Assembly (NCBI GenBank): GCA_965113315.1
Contig: OZ220364.1
Origin: Podarcis vaucheri
Taxonomy: Eukaryota
Reading direction: 5' to 3' (one strand)
Length of the DNA: 64,000 bases
This document shows positions 39,025 through 50,200 of the stretch, piece after piece. Under the pieces are notes generated by a model that made no database searches, had not been told where the DNA came from, and saw only the letters and a list, made by a program, of their open reading frames with translations. The position numbers and the translations under genes are program-made. Position 1 is the stretch's first letter; each line of letters begins with the position of its first letter.

Positions 39025-39450
39025 CAGTAGTTTTCAATCAGTGTGCCGTGGCCCCCTGGGATGCCTTGATGGTCAGGGGTGCAGTGGGCAACACTGGCCT
39101 CTGTCCCTCTTTCCTTCCTTCCCTCCTCTGCTGCCCTCTTGTGTCTCTGCCTCCAAAAGGCTTGCACAGCTGCAGCCCTGGCTATAAGCTCTGCAGGCAA
39201 ATGGTGCCTCTAGATGGCACCTCTCTTTGGGGTGGGGGCAGCTCAGAAACCAGGGACAGCAGCAGCTACCTGGAGGACTCCCAAGGAGAGAAGAGGCTGA
39301 GGGAACACTCCACAAGGGAGGGTGTTCAAAAAAGGGTGAGAGGTCGCAGACAAGGGGCAACATAACTGGGCTCCTGAGCCCCTCAGCGTGATACAGAAAG
39401 ATGGTAGTTGGTCAAAGGAGCGATGGACTCAAAAAGATTGAAAACCTCTG
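39025..39450. mobile_element. Non-autonomous hAT (Charlie-like) element, 426 bp
   Basis: 15-bp TIRs CAGTAGTTTTCAATC / CAGAGGTTTTCAATC (13/15); TSD CACTATAG on the right, CACTATATAG on the left (one extra TA). Confidence 0.75.
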
Positions 39451-40895
39451 CACTATAGGTTGACGGTTGCTGCACTGAATACCTAGGTAAGATAAAGTGT
39501 CCTGGAATACACATCTCTGGAAACCCGAGACCTGGGAGAATATAAACGGTTTTAAGCGCTGGTTACATTTATTGTTGATATCACCTTGAGTGCAGGATGC
39601 CTGCTTACATTATGCAAAAACTTCATTGATAAATCCCTCCTGCCCTCCTCCTCTCCACCAGAAGTGTCAAGCTCCTCTTTGCTGATGGATCGAGATGAAA
39701 CAGATGCTGCCATAAATACTCTTGTTTAGTGGTTTCAGATGCAGTTTCTGTTTTGTAGAACACACTGAGTGCTCAGGTTATCAGCAAGCGTGCACCTGTG
39801 CCGTTTATGCCTTTGCTAGGTCCTAGTGTTCTGCGATGGCATGGTAAATGCATTCTGAAGGATAGCCTTACAAAAAGACCCAAGCATAATGCTTAAGTTG
39901 CATACAACACGCTCATCTATTTTGGGTGGAAACTTTAAATCTGAAACATACCAAGTACCTGATGAATGTGGGCCCTGTTGCCTTCTTTGTACAATCTTTT
40001 CTTATTTTTTACCTGCAAGTCCCATGACATCCCAATGTGAGCCTGTAAGACTGCCAAGCCTCTGCAGGTTGCTTTGCAACTATCTGCCATTTCTTTTTCC
40101 TTTGAGCAATTGTTTATTTGGGGGCAATTTGTGAGATCTGCACACCAAGGTGAATACTCTTGATACTACCATCCATAGTGGTTGATTGAACTTAACACGA
40201 TTATGTAGAGAAGCAAGCTTCGGGAGTATCCACTTTTATGGCTGTCCCTTTTCTTGAAAGTTTGACAATACATTTTTCAGAAGCAAACACAAGTTACCGT
40301 ATGCCCTAGCACTTTGTGGCCAGGTTTAAGAGGCACAGGTTTTCAATGTTTTTTATGCCTGCTTTGAATGTGTCACTGTTACTGCCTGGACCCCTTTGGA
40401 AAGCAATAGGATTCAATCTCAGCGCAGAACTACTACCAAAATACTTGAAGAGTTTCATAACATTTCCTAAAGAAGTAAATCTAGTCCAGTTTCAACACTA
40501 CTTTGTTCCAACTTGCTTTTTGAAGCATTAAAGCCTAAGAGGCACATCCCAGCCTTTCATTGTATTGTATTGAGAATACATTATTGGACTTTGGTGCCTT
40601 GACATCATAACAGTAGAACGAGGTTTTTAAAAACAGGTTTGACAACTTCTCCGTTCCCCCCGAAAACCGGTTTGCTCCCACCTCCTGCAGTTTTGTAGGT
40701 TCATTTTTATTTTTTTTCCTTTTTTTTTTTTTTTTTTTTGCTTCTCAACATCTGTCACAAGACAAACTTATGAAGACAATTCCCACAAAAAGTTCAAGGG
40801 TTTCAAAACTGGAGCTGAAGAGAAGGCGATCTGTCCCGCACAGCCAGTAAAGCTTGTCTTGATTACTTTGATGTAACAACACTTGAAAGCTCTAT

Positions 40896-41067
40896 NNNNN
40901 NNNNNNNNNNNNNNNNNNNNNNNNNNNNNNNNNNNNNNNNNNNNNNNNNNNNNNNNNNNNNNNNNNNNNNNNNNNNNNNNNNNNNNNNNNNNNNNNNNNN
41001 NNNNNNNNNNNNNNNNNNNNNNNNNNNNNNNNNNNNNNNNNNNNNNNNNNNNNNNNNNNNNNNNNNN
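40896..41067. other. Sequence gap (172 N)
   Basis: Run of N. Confidence 1.
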
Positions 41068-41259
41068 GCTGGAGTGGGTCAAGATATCTGCGCTGCTTCA
41101 TTTTTAATTCCTAACAGTAGAGTCAGATAGGGAAGGCGGGAGATAAAAAGTCATTAAACAATTTTAAATTATTTATAAAAATTACTTTGCCCAAATTATA
41201 ATTATTTCTCCCCCCCCCAACTGCTCTCATGAAATGTCAAATGGAATGAAAGGAGAAGC

Positions 41260-42694
41260 AGCCCCAACATTGTTTTTAATGAACACTTTAATGTTATGTA
41301 TAACAGAACATTATGAATACAATGGAAATAAAGTTTTATCAATTTAATAATAATAAAAAAATTCCAACATAAGAAAGGGGAGCCAATAAAGTTTCATACC
41401 TAGAATATAGTACTCATTCTCAGTAGCAGCCCTGGCTCTGTGAATATAAACTGAACCTCTGCACCCCAGACTAAAAATCATGATCTGTGTTTGAACCTAA
41501 ATGCAGAATCATAGCAGGAAAAGAAAAAGCCTTTAATTTATTCTTTCATTTCCTTTATTTTCATTAATTCATAAAATCTGACAGCTACAGGTTTCCTTTA
41601 ATAATAATAATAATAATCTATATATTTATTCATTTATATATATTTATTTAATCCCTTTCTATTGGATTCCGCAATTGCTAAGGCCATATTTACATAAAAC
41701 AAGTGAAGTCACCAAATGTATAAAATTTAGAATCCAATGCTGTTGGATTAACAAAAAGTTTAGAGGTGTTCTTTCTTAATTTAAAGATGCTGTTTCTCTT
41801 TTTTTGTGTTGCAAGAAAAAAAAATTCTTGCATTTTGACTGTCAGTGATGTAAACAGTGACCCCAGAGACCCCAAGGGGGGCTGCCACTTTTCACTGGAG
41901 TATGGCTGTAGAAAAACCACCCAAACCAAAACCCAGCCATATATATATATTCTCTAGAGTTCTCTGAAAGGAAACCATACAGCAGTCTGAATGAAGTTTC
42001 TACCAGTTCTGCATTGCGTATTAGAGCAGAAAGAGGTAGGAAAACCCCACCCGTCCCACCCTATTCATCAGCAAATTGCTTAAAGAGGTCTATAATAAAA
42101 ATTTGGATAGTATAGCAGTGTTGCTGGAAGAGTAGCAAAAGTATATATACATTCCAGGTCCCTTTGAATTAGCCATAATCACATATGTAAGTCATTTTTT
42201 TTTTTTTTGGACAAAAATATATATATATTCTTATAAAAAATTGATCAGCATACTTTGACTTCAAATTTGACTCAGTGGTAGGAAAAGGAACGGATCCAAT
42301 TATGATAAATAGATTCCAGGAGGGGAAAAAAGAAATCAAGTATAAAATTAGATTCACACAGATATACCCAGCCCCTAAATTCCAGAGTTTCCACAAGTTT
42401 CAAAGTTAAAACTGGTTCTGCCATCTAAGAAAGGCTTTTAATTCTCTTGTTAAAAAACAAGGCCTAGTGATTGCAATATCAACCATATCACTCGGTGGAG
42501 GATGTTTTCTTCACCAAAACTTGAACAAAAGTAGGTTGGGAGTTTACAAAATGACCTTTGGGTTCTTTAGATGGGCTCCTTTAAAGTAAGCAATAAAAGA
42601 AAAAGAGAAAGCATTTGATCAGCATTTTCAACCCTTATCCCAGCTTTATTTGTGCAGCTAAAATCCTTCATTCAATCTGATTGGTTTACAATCT
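41260..42694 (-). other. CLINT1: Probable CLINT1 3' UTR
   Basis: AU-rich stretch after the stop with no recognisable TEs; ATTAAA hexamers on the minus strand at 41287-41292 and 41275-41280. The end is inferred. Confidence 0.55.
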
Positions 42695-43050
42695 TTATTT
42701 GCTAAAATTTGCAAAATTTGCAAAGGCATCTTGCTTAGGTTGCACAGTTCCGGGAGTCATGGAGGATGCCACAGCTATATTAGTAATGCCCATGCCCGAC
42801 AAACCCATTCCAGAAGTTGGCATTGCCATGTTCACATTCATTCCCATCATGCCCTGGTTCATCATAGGTGTGCCTCCCATGGAAGCCATCCCGATTGTGC
42901 CAGTCATCACAGTGGGCATTCCCATTCCCACAGGAACAGGCCCGCCCATCAATGGGTTTGCAGGAGGTCGAGCAGGCATCATGCTGGGTGGTGAGTTGAG
43001 GCTCATGGTTGCAAAATTCTGAGACATCACATTCATCGGTTGTTGCATAT
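42695..43050 (-). CDS. CLINT1: CLINT1 last coding exon (Met-rich C-terminus)
   Basis: CAG| acceptor (plus-strand CT at 43051-43052); (N)MQQPMNVMSQNF...GTVQPKQDAFANFANFSK-TAA, the epsinR C-terminus. Confidence 0.96.
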
Positions 43051-43871
43051 CTGTGGGGCAGAAATGAAGTTTTAAATGTTAAGGTGATTTTTTAATGATA
43101 TTTCTATCATTCAAAGAATATGCAAGTATATTCCCACCCCACCCTTATTTAACGTATTGGCTGTATATTAAAAACAAAGCTGATCCTTAAAGGCATCATC
43201 CAACATATTTCTATATGCTTGACAACTGAAGTCCAGCACAAATCCTAGTTGTCATAGTTCCCCTTCCTCCAATTCTCTTCTTTCTCCATGGCCAAACCAT
43301 GCTTTGTCTAGATATGCTCAGGGATCCACAAATATAGTGTATTCCCTCTACATTAGATCTTTTTAAGCACAACTTTGCTAGTACCTTGTTCAGAAACTGG
43401 GGGAAAGGGAGAAGGAAATGAAAATTCTGTTGAACAGGAATCCCCTTTCACTGCTTGGGGGCTGACAGTTCCAAGAGTTTGGGAGGAGACACCACAAAAA
43501 GCTTTTAAAGGCTGCACTATATCATTAGATCAGGGTGAGGAAAATTCAAAGCACAAGCAGGCCAATATAGTTTGTGATCCATCAAGCTGAAAATGGTTGG
43601 GCTCACCAGCCACACGCTCTCTGGGATCGCAAAAACAAAAGGCAGAACCCAATAACACAAAAGTTGTGCATACAATCAAGAGAGTTTTTAAATAGTAGAA
43701 GCCAAGAAGTTGCAGATAATATACTCTGGTCACAAAAAAGAGAGAATTTATAGGTGCTGAGGAAGTCTAGCGTTCTGGGTTTTTTTAAGACCCACCCACA
43801 CTTTGATCAAGAATATGTTGTGAAGAGTGACCTCATTGAAATACATGCACAGCAAGAATTGTATTACTTAC

Positions 43872-44076
43872 TTTGTTGCTGAATCATTGTGTTGAGTGAT
43901 GGTTGCTGGGGCTTGGAAGGCTGCATACCAGGAACTAAATTGTCCAAACTGATATTTACACTAGGGTCTGACCAAGTGGATGGCAGGGTTTTGCCTACAT
44001 TTTTGGGGACCATCTCTGTGCCCATATTATAAAGTGGATTAGGCTTCTGTATCATTGGGTTAACACCGTGCAAAGG
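43872..44076 (-). CDS. CLINT1: CLINT1 penultimate exon (probably exon 11)
   Basis: TAG|PLHGVNPMIQKPNPLYNMGTEMVPKNVGKTLPSTWSDPSVNISLDNLVPGMQPSKPQQPSLNTMIQQQ A|GTAAGT; 205 nt. Confidence 0.94.
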
Positions 44077-44918
44077 CTAGAAGCATTAAAGAAAGAAAAA
44101 AAGAGATCTTTAGAGTTATGCTACGAATTGCCAACACAGTATTTTACAGCTATAATTTATCAGAGAGAGGAGTTCATCCAGTCTTCATAAAGAGAAACAG
44201 ATGGACATTTATGTTCTCCTAAGAGAACTGAAGAAAGTTGAAGTTCATGCTCATAAAATTCTCAAGAGCATCTCTTTAAGTACTTTACCTATCATCTGGT
44301 AGTCTTCTGGAACTGTGCCAAGAGTGGTAATTCAGAAGTGCCTTGCTCTCCCCCTTACCTAAAATACTTTCTCTGAACCATCCTTCTATTTTAGATGCTT
44401 TGGAAAATTAGTTTTCTTCTTACATTTACAATATATTCCTCCTTTCTTCCATCGTGGAACCCACACAAGTAATTTCCATGAGGTCTTGCACTGACCAGAC
44501 CCTGACTTGCTTTATTTCAGTGGGTTAGTGGTCTCATGCGACTTCAGACCATACCTGATCAACTAGTTGCTAAGTTTTCCAAGTCCAAAGACTTGTTTTA
44601 AATAGTCAACTACACTTAAACTGGGTAAAACTATACGTGAGCCAGTTTGTCAGAAACAGGTGGCACTGCCCACCCTCACCCCCCTTGGTACAATCAAAGT
44701 GTCACAAGTTTGAAGTCTTCCTTATGTTCTACAACTCTTAGATTGCTTTAGACGTTTCCTCTCTCAATTTACTTGAATCTCGAAGAAAAGAGGGGCCAGT
44801 GAAGCAAAAAGACAAGAAAACACTTTCAGAGCTACAGAAAAGATGCTTTAAGTTAAGCGTGTGTCAAAACTATCCGTTGAGTAAACAGTAGTCAAGGGAC
44901 TGCAGAACAGCACCATAC

Positions 44919-45214
44919 CTGTGACCTTGACATAGGTAGATTGATGCTGACAGTGCTGGAACCCATCATAGCTAAATTCATGCTTTGGGAAGAGGTCATA
45001 GTGGCTTGGGAGGTACCCATCAAATCAAAGAGGTCAGAAGGATTTGAAGCAGCTGGAGGCTGGCCAAGGCTCTGCTGAGCAGAGCCACCAAAGAGCTCAA
45101 CAGCTGGCTGAGCAGAGCCACCAAAGAGCTCTCCAGCTGAAGCAGCAGGGCTTGGAGAGGTTTGGTTGAAGGCACTCCAGTCGCCAAACTCTCCATTCCC
45201 ACTTGCAGTTGTAC
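44919..45214 (-). CDS. CLINT1: CLINT1 exon (probably exon 10)
   Basis: CAG|(G)TTASGNGEFGDWSAFNQ...SDLFDLMG...LPMSRSQ|GTATGG; 296 nt, phase 1-0. Confidence 0.95.
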
Positions 45215-46156
45215 CTGGGGAGGGAAAAGAAAGGTAAGAGTCTTGATGAAAAGCACAGAGCAAATGCCACATTCCATGAAGTGAAACAAATGAGAGCCGA
45301 TGTATGTCCATCCAGATTAACATCTGCAGGTAGGATCTCCATCTGGACATTACTCTCCCTCATGAATATTCCAACAATTTTAACAGGATAGCAAAGGGGG
45401 GGGGGAGACACATAAGAATAAAACAGCCACACCAGTGCTATAGTATGGCTGGTTATGTGCCACCTGTGGAGTCCACATGAGTGGGACATAGATTTCCTAA
45501 CAGGCAAATCTGCAGGATCCACTTTCAACAAATAAGAATGTGGCAGGCATAAGAGACACCTGAAGCATAGCAGAAGTTCAGTATCTAAATTGCCAGTAGC
45601 TCAAAATTGGGAGCCTTAAGCAAAGCTGCAAACATTAACTCATTGATGTTTTGAATCAATCACTGTGAACAAGGCTGGTCTCACAGTCGTAAGAAGTCAT
45701 AAAAACAGCAATTTGTTCAAACTCATCTGATTACATATACATTACTTGCTGTATACAGTTATTAAACCGGTACAGCTAAGTGGGATACCAATAAAATAAT
45801 GGGCTTTCAAATTCAGTTGCCTCAGGGTGTTTATCTCACCTCTGTTGTGCTTGTTAACAGCATTGTGTAGTATTTATTTAGCGCTCTATGGGAGCTTTGA
45901 TAAATATGCATTCAAAGCTCACACATGCTCTCAAATCTTTGTACAGCATGTGCATAGAGAGCTGCAAGACATTTAGTTCTTTTAACAGCAGTCTGCCTGT
46001 CTTTACCTATTTTAAAAATACACATTTTACTGGAATAAACTTGTGAGTGAGGCTCCAAGATGTAAAGATCACGAGGAAATAGATGTTTGGCTTTTAAAGC
46101 GAATGAGCCTTTGGTATGATTATCAATTGCTAGCCACTGATGAGTATTTCAGTTTT

Positions 46157-46250
46157 GAAGCACAACAGTTACGTAGATCTTACTATTGTAGCCTGATGCA
46201 CAGGAAGCACAACAGTTACGTAGACCTTACTATTGTAGCCTGATGCACAG
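46157..46250. repeat. Tandem duplication, 2 x 47 bp
   Basis: GAAGCACAACAGTTACGTAGAYCTTACTATTGTAGCCTGATGCACAG twice, one mismatch. Confidence 0.95.
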
Positions 46251-47156
46251 ACAAAGGCACATAGGGGCACACATGCTAGCACTGGTTTTCACACAGTTGA
46301 ACAACTTGCAATTTACATTTAACTGTTAGGCCTCATCAGTGCAGACGGAAAAGAAAGCATTCACAATTTTAAATAAATGTTCACCTGACAGGTCTGAGAG
46401 ATGAGAGACCCTGCTGATTTCAGAATAATCTGGTCTGTACAGCCAGCTAGGAATTAGTGATCTACAAACCTGCCTATTACTTAGAATCTAACTCACCTAA
46501 TCTTAAAAAGGTTGCAATAATTTACATTTCATGTCAATAATTCGTAATAGTACCTGTTCGCCTGGGTATAAAACCCTTGTTTTAATTAATTTCTCCTCCA
46601 CAGGTGGATTAAAATTTAAGTAAGGAAGGGCAGGGAGGGAAAAGTACATCCATCGCTTATCTGTGCACTACAATCCACTTTAATGCAAGTGCTGGGCTAG
46701 AATTCATTAGCTTGGGGCCACAATGAAACATTTTGCTTTGATCTCCCTTACAAAAGGGACTTTATTGGGAATATTTCAATTAGTACTGCCTATTAAAAAT
46801 TTAAGCACACTTACAAGTATTCCTGATGGATAAGTAAATGCTGATTCTCCAGTTACGGGATGCTCATATCCAAACACAAATAAAGGAAAGGGGGAGAAGA
46901 CAGAGGCATTTGATGCCACTCTTCGGGGAACTTTACCAAAGATGATTAATCAACAAAAGATTTCTGGGGGGGGGGGCTTTATTGCTCAAGAATGATTAAT
47001 CATTGCTGGCTGCTTGCATAAAGGTGATTGGTGGAGATTAATCATATTAACACTGATAAAGGAGTATTATCAAGCTTAGACTGCATTATTAGCATAATAG
47101 GATTTGAGCACCACAAACCTAAATTTTCAATAACCTGTAAAATCAAGGCAGAACAT

Positions 47157-47239
47157 TATTAAAGCTTAAAGTATTTAAGGGCACAGTTCTCAAGTCAAAT
47201 CCTATCCCTCAATACAATGCATTTTATTACTGATGGCTG
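47157..47239. repeat. 83-bp dispersed direct repeat, copy B
   Basis: 72/83 ungapped identity to 48639-48721. Confidence 0.9.
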
Positions 47240-48403
47240 CAAGAAACATCACACCTTCTTCTATGCAATATGCTTTGTGGTAGAACAATTGTTTCAACTA
47301 CTGCTTGGTTCAAAACTCTTTGAACAATCCCAGCTCTGTTGACCAGCTATCTTAATTCACATTAATTCATTGGGTCTTTTAAAAAGTAATTCGGGTAACA
47401 GCAATTATTATAGCAGTGTGGCAAGAATACAACAAAAGGCAGTAATTTAGGGCCAATCATAACATTTGTATAAGCTTCCTCACCCCTACAAGGAGCTCTT
47501 ACTGTGAAGTTTTTTTTTCTCCCCAGTGGACAATTCTTAGTTTGTGTGGAACTTAAATAAATCAGTACACACAAATTAACAGTCCCCTCCCTGGACATGT
47601 AGCAATCCTGCCTTATGCACAGCATCTATTGTCGAATTCTAAATGTTTCTTGGGTCAATTCTAGCCTTCTTCCAAGAGAGTACTTTAATATAAAATGTGG
47701 AATACAATTCTTAAGAGGCTTATTGCAGATTACATAAAAGGTTACCATTACAGGCGAAAGGGGATGGAGTACACAACATACTATACTATAGCAATAGCTA
47801 CTACTCAGTATTAATTGGAATTCATTCTTGGTACCTGTGAAAATCATTCCAGCCCAGTATTTCAGTTAGCTTTAATTAATGTTAAAGGTGTTTGTGAGGG
47901 GAGACAAAGTAATGATCATTACTGCTGTATTAATTCATTTAAATTCTTTTTGGTGCTTGTAAAAATCATTCCAGAGCAATTATTTCATTTGTGTGTGTGC
48001 GCATCCTCTCTACTGGGGGTGTGCATATGTATGCTGCTCATTCCCCTCCTTCACCTGGGTGGATTTTGCAAGTGTGTGTGTGTCCAAGGGCCCATGATCT
48101 ATGCAATCCTCAAAGCTGTAGCAAACCCTTGATGTGGCCCTTGAGCTGGAAAAGGTAAGCCACCCCTGGGCAAAGGGTCAAAGGAAAAGCTCATTTCCCA
48201 AATAATTAATCCCTCTGCCCCGCATAGAGAGTAAGTCATAATAAAATGAAACTGTATCACAATACAAAGCGGCAGAATCTAGCACCTTTAAAATGAGAAC
48301 TCGACATAGAATTTAATCTATTCTGGAAGAGAAGACACTTTCAAGTAGCAAGAGACCAAAATTTGAGAGGTCAGCTTTCTGTTCCACTCCCTTGGCACTG
48401 TAC

Positions 48404-48490
48404 CTTGTGATGGGGGGCAGCCTGCTGAGGCAGAGGCGGCGGCGGCAGAGCTAAAGTCCGCAAACCCTCCGAAGGGGTCAGTGGCTCCAC
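48404..48490 (-). CDS. CLINT1: CLINT1 exon (probably exon 9)
   Basis: TAG|(G)GATDPFGGFADFSSAAAASASAGCPPSQ G|GTACAG; 87 nt, phase 1-1. Confidence 0.92.
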
Positions 48491-48638
48491 CTACAACCAA
48501 TCAAAGGATTTGTTGTAAATTAGTGAAAACAGCCCCACTCCAGTAGCACTTCACATCAAATATTAAATTTTATATTTAAATATATTGTACGTGGAGTCAA
48601 GATATACAGTTCTTGGAAACGGTTCAATCCATCAAGCG

Positions 48639-48721
48639 TATTGAAGCTCAAAGTACTTAAGGGCACAGTTCTCAAGTCAAATTCGATCTCTCAATACAAG
48701 ATATTTTACCACTGATGGCTG
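48639..48721. repeat. 83-bp dispersed direct repeat, copy A (hairpin-forming)
   Basis: 72/83 ungapped identity to 47157-47239; GTATTG...CAATAC closes a 60-nt stem-loop. Confidence 0.9.
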
Positions 48722-50068
48722 TTATACAAGGATGGTTGTCATGGTACAAAAACTGAAATATGTGAAAATTCTGCAAACCGGGCTGCAGGAACAAAACCTG
48801 GTTGTGTATGCAATCGTACTCTTGTGCTTTCCTTTGACTAGTTTGTGGGGAGTTTCCACCCTCAGTTTTTTCACTATTCTGGCATGCACAAGCATGGAAG
48901 AGAGCACCACGAACGATCATGCGTTAAATGAAGATTGATTCAGAAGGGTGATAGTCCAATCAAAACAAAATGTCACAAGACATATACATGGCTGAAGTCT
49001 TTCTTTCCTTCTTTTTTGTACACAAACAAACCTGTCAAATCGAATTATGCCTGCTTTTATGGTTCAGTTATATCCCACCACTTGTACATCAATGCAAGTG
49101 GTCTATATTCAACTTCGTAATTTCAGTAATAATTTACCAAGGTTGCATGGAACGCAAAACTGGTGAAGAACCAGTGTAGGCTTGGAAGAAATATCACACA
49201 GTAAAGATTAATGCAATTCTAACTCAGGTACTAGATATAAGAAACAGAACAAGTCTTTTATTGGAGAAATGCCTTTGTTTGCTTATTATGCTGCATAGAA
49301 TGAAAAATTTAAAAAGGCCTCCTTACATGTTAAATCTTGTGAGACTGAAAGCAGGAATGACTTGCACAGGATTTCAGATTCAAGGTTTTAATGCATAAAA
49401 CCTGCACTGGTATTCATTTTTTAATAAGTTTGCTTTCTTTTCAGAATAAGAACATTGAAAGTCCCAGTTGCAGATACTAATGATTTATTTACTACAAAAT
49501 ATAGTATCTTTACTATTATTTCCTACACATTTTTTATCAAAATAGTAAAGATTCACAGCCTCTGCACTGGTCATTGTTCTGTACATCTCCTTATGTCAAG
49601 TTTGAGGGCCAAACTAAATAGGATGATTGCCACAGGTGGGGATTTCTGAGCAGGAATGGGAATGCTGTACACAAGGAGGGCTTCAATTAATCAGAAATGC
49701 TAGTTCCTCCCAAGCTATTATCCCTAAAAGGAAAGCCCCCATTCAAATTTTTAAAATTGTGGACATTAATTGGCCCTCTGAGAGAAATACATACAAAAAA
49801 ATAGGCACTTTCTGCAGATATATATTTTTTTCTGTGAAGGAAAATGTTTAGGTGAAGCAACTCTCTGCCACCATATCTTTAATAAAGGGCTTTAGGCTTC
49901 TAGCTGACAGTTTCCTCCTCTGAAAGTACCGAAAAAGTGATGGCCTTAGCTGTTGCCGTTTGTCCTTAAAAGATTTCACCTCTGAGCAGTCACACCCTTC
50001 CAAGGAGTACCAGCAGCTCAATTATTCTGCTTTTAGTGTTTGCGTACATTATATGGGTTACATCACAG

Positions 50069-50200
50069 NNNNNNNNNNNNNNNNNNNNNNNNNNNNNNNN
50101 NNNNNNNNNNNNNNNNNNNNNNNNNNNNNNNNNNNNNNNNNNNNNNNNNNNNNNNNNNNNNNNNNNNNNNNNNNNNNNNNNNNNNNNNNNNNNNNNNNNN
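50069..50200. other. Sequence gap (132 N)
   Basis: Run of N. Confidence 1.

Noticed and set aside
45215-45531. Open frames extending upstream of CLINT1 exon 44919-45214
   Set aside because: A strong pyrimidine tract and CAG at 45215-45217 explain the boundary; the translations resemble nothing I recognise.
46157-46250. CRISPR-like repeat
   Set aside because: Only two abutting copies with no spacer, in a eukaryotic intron.
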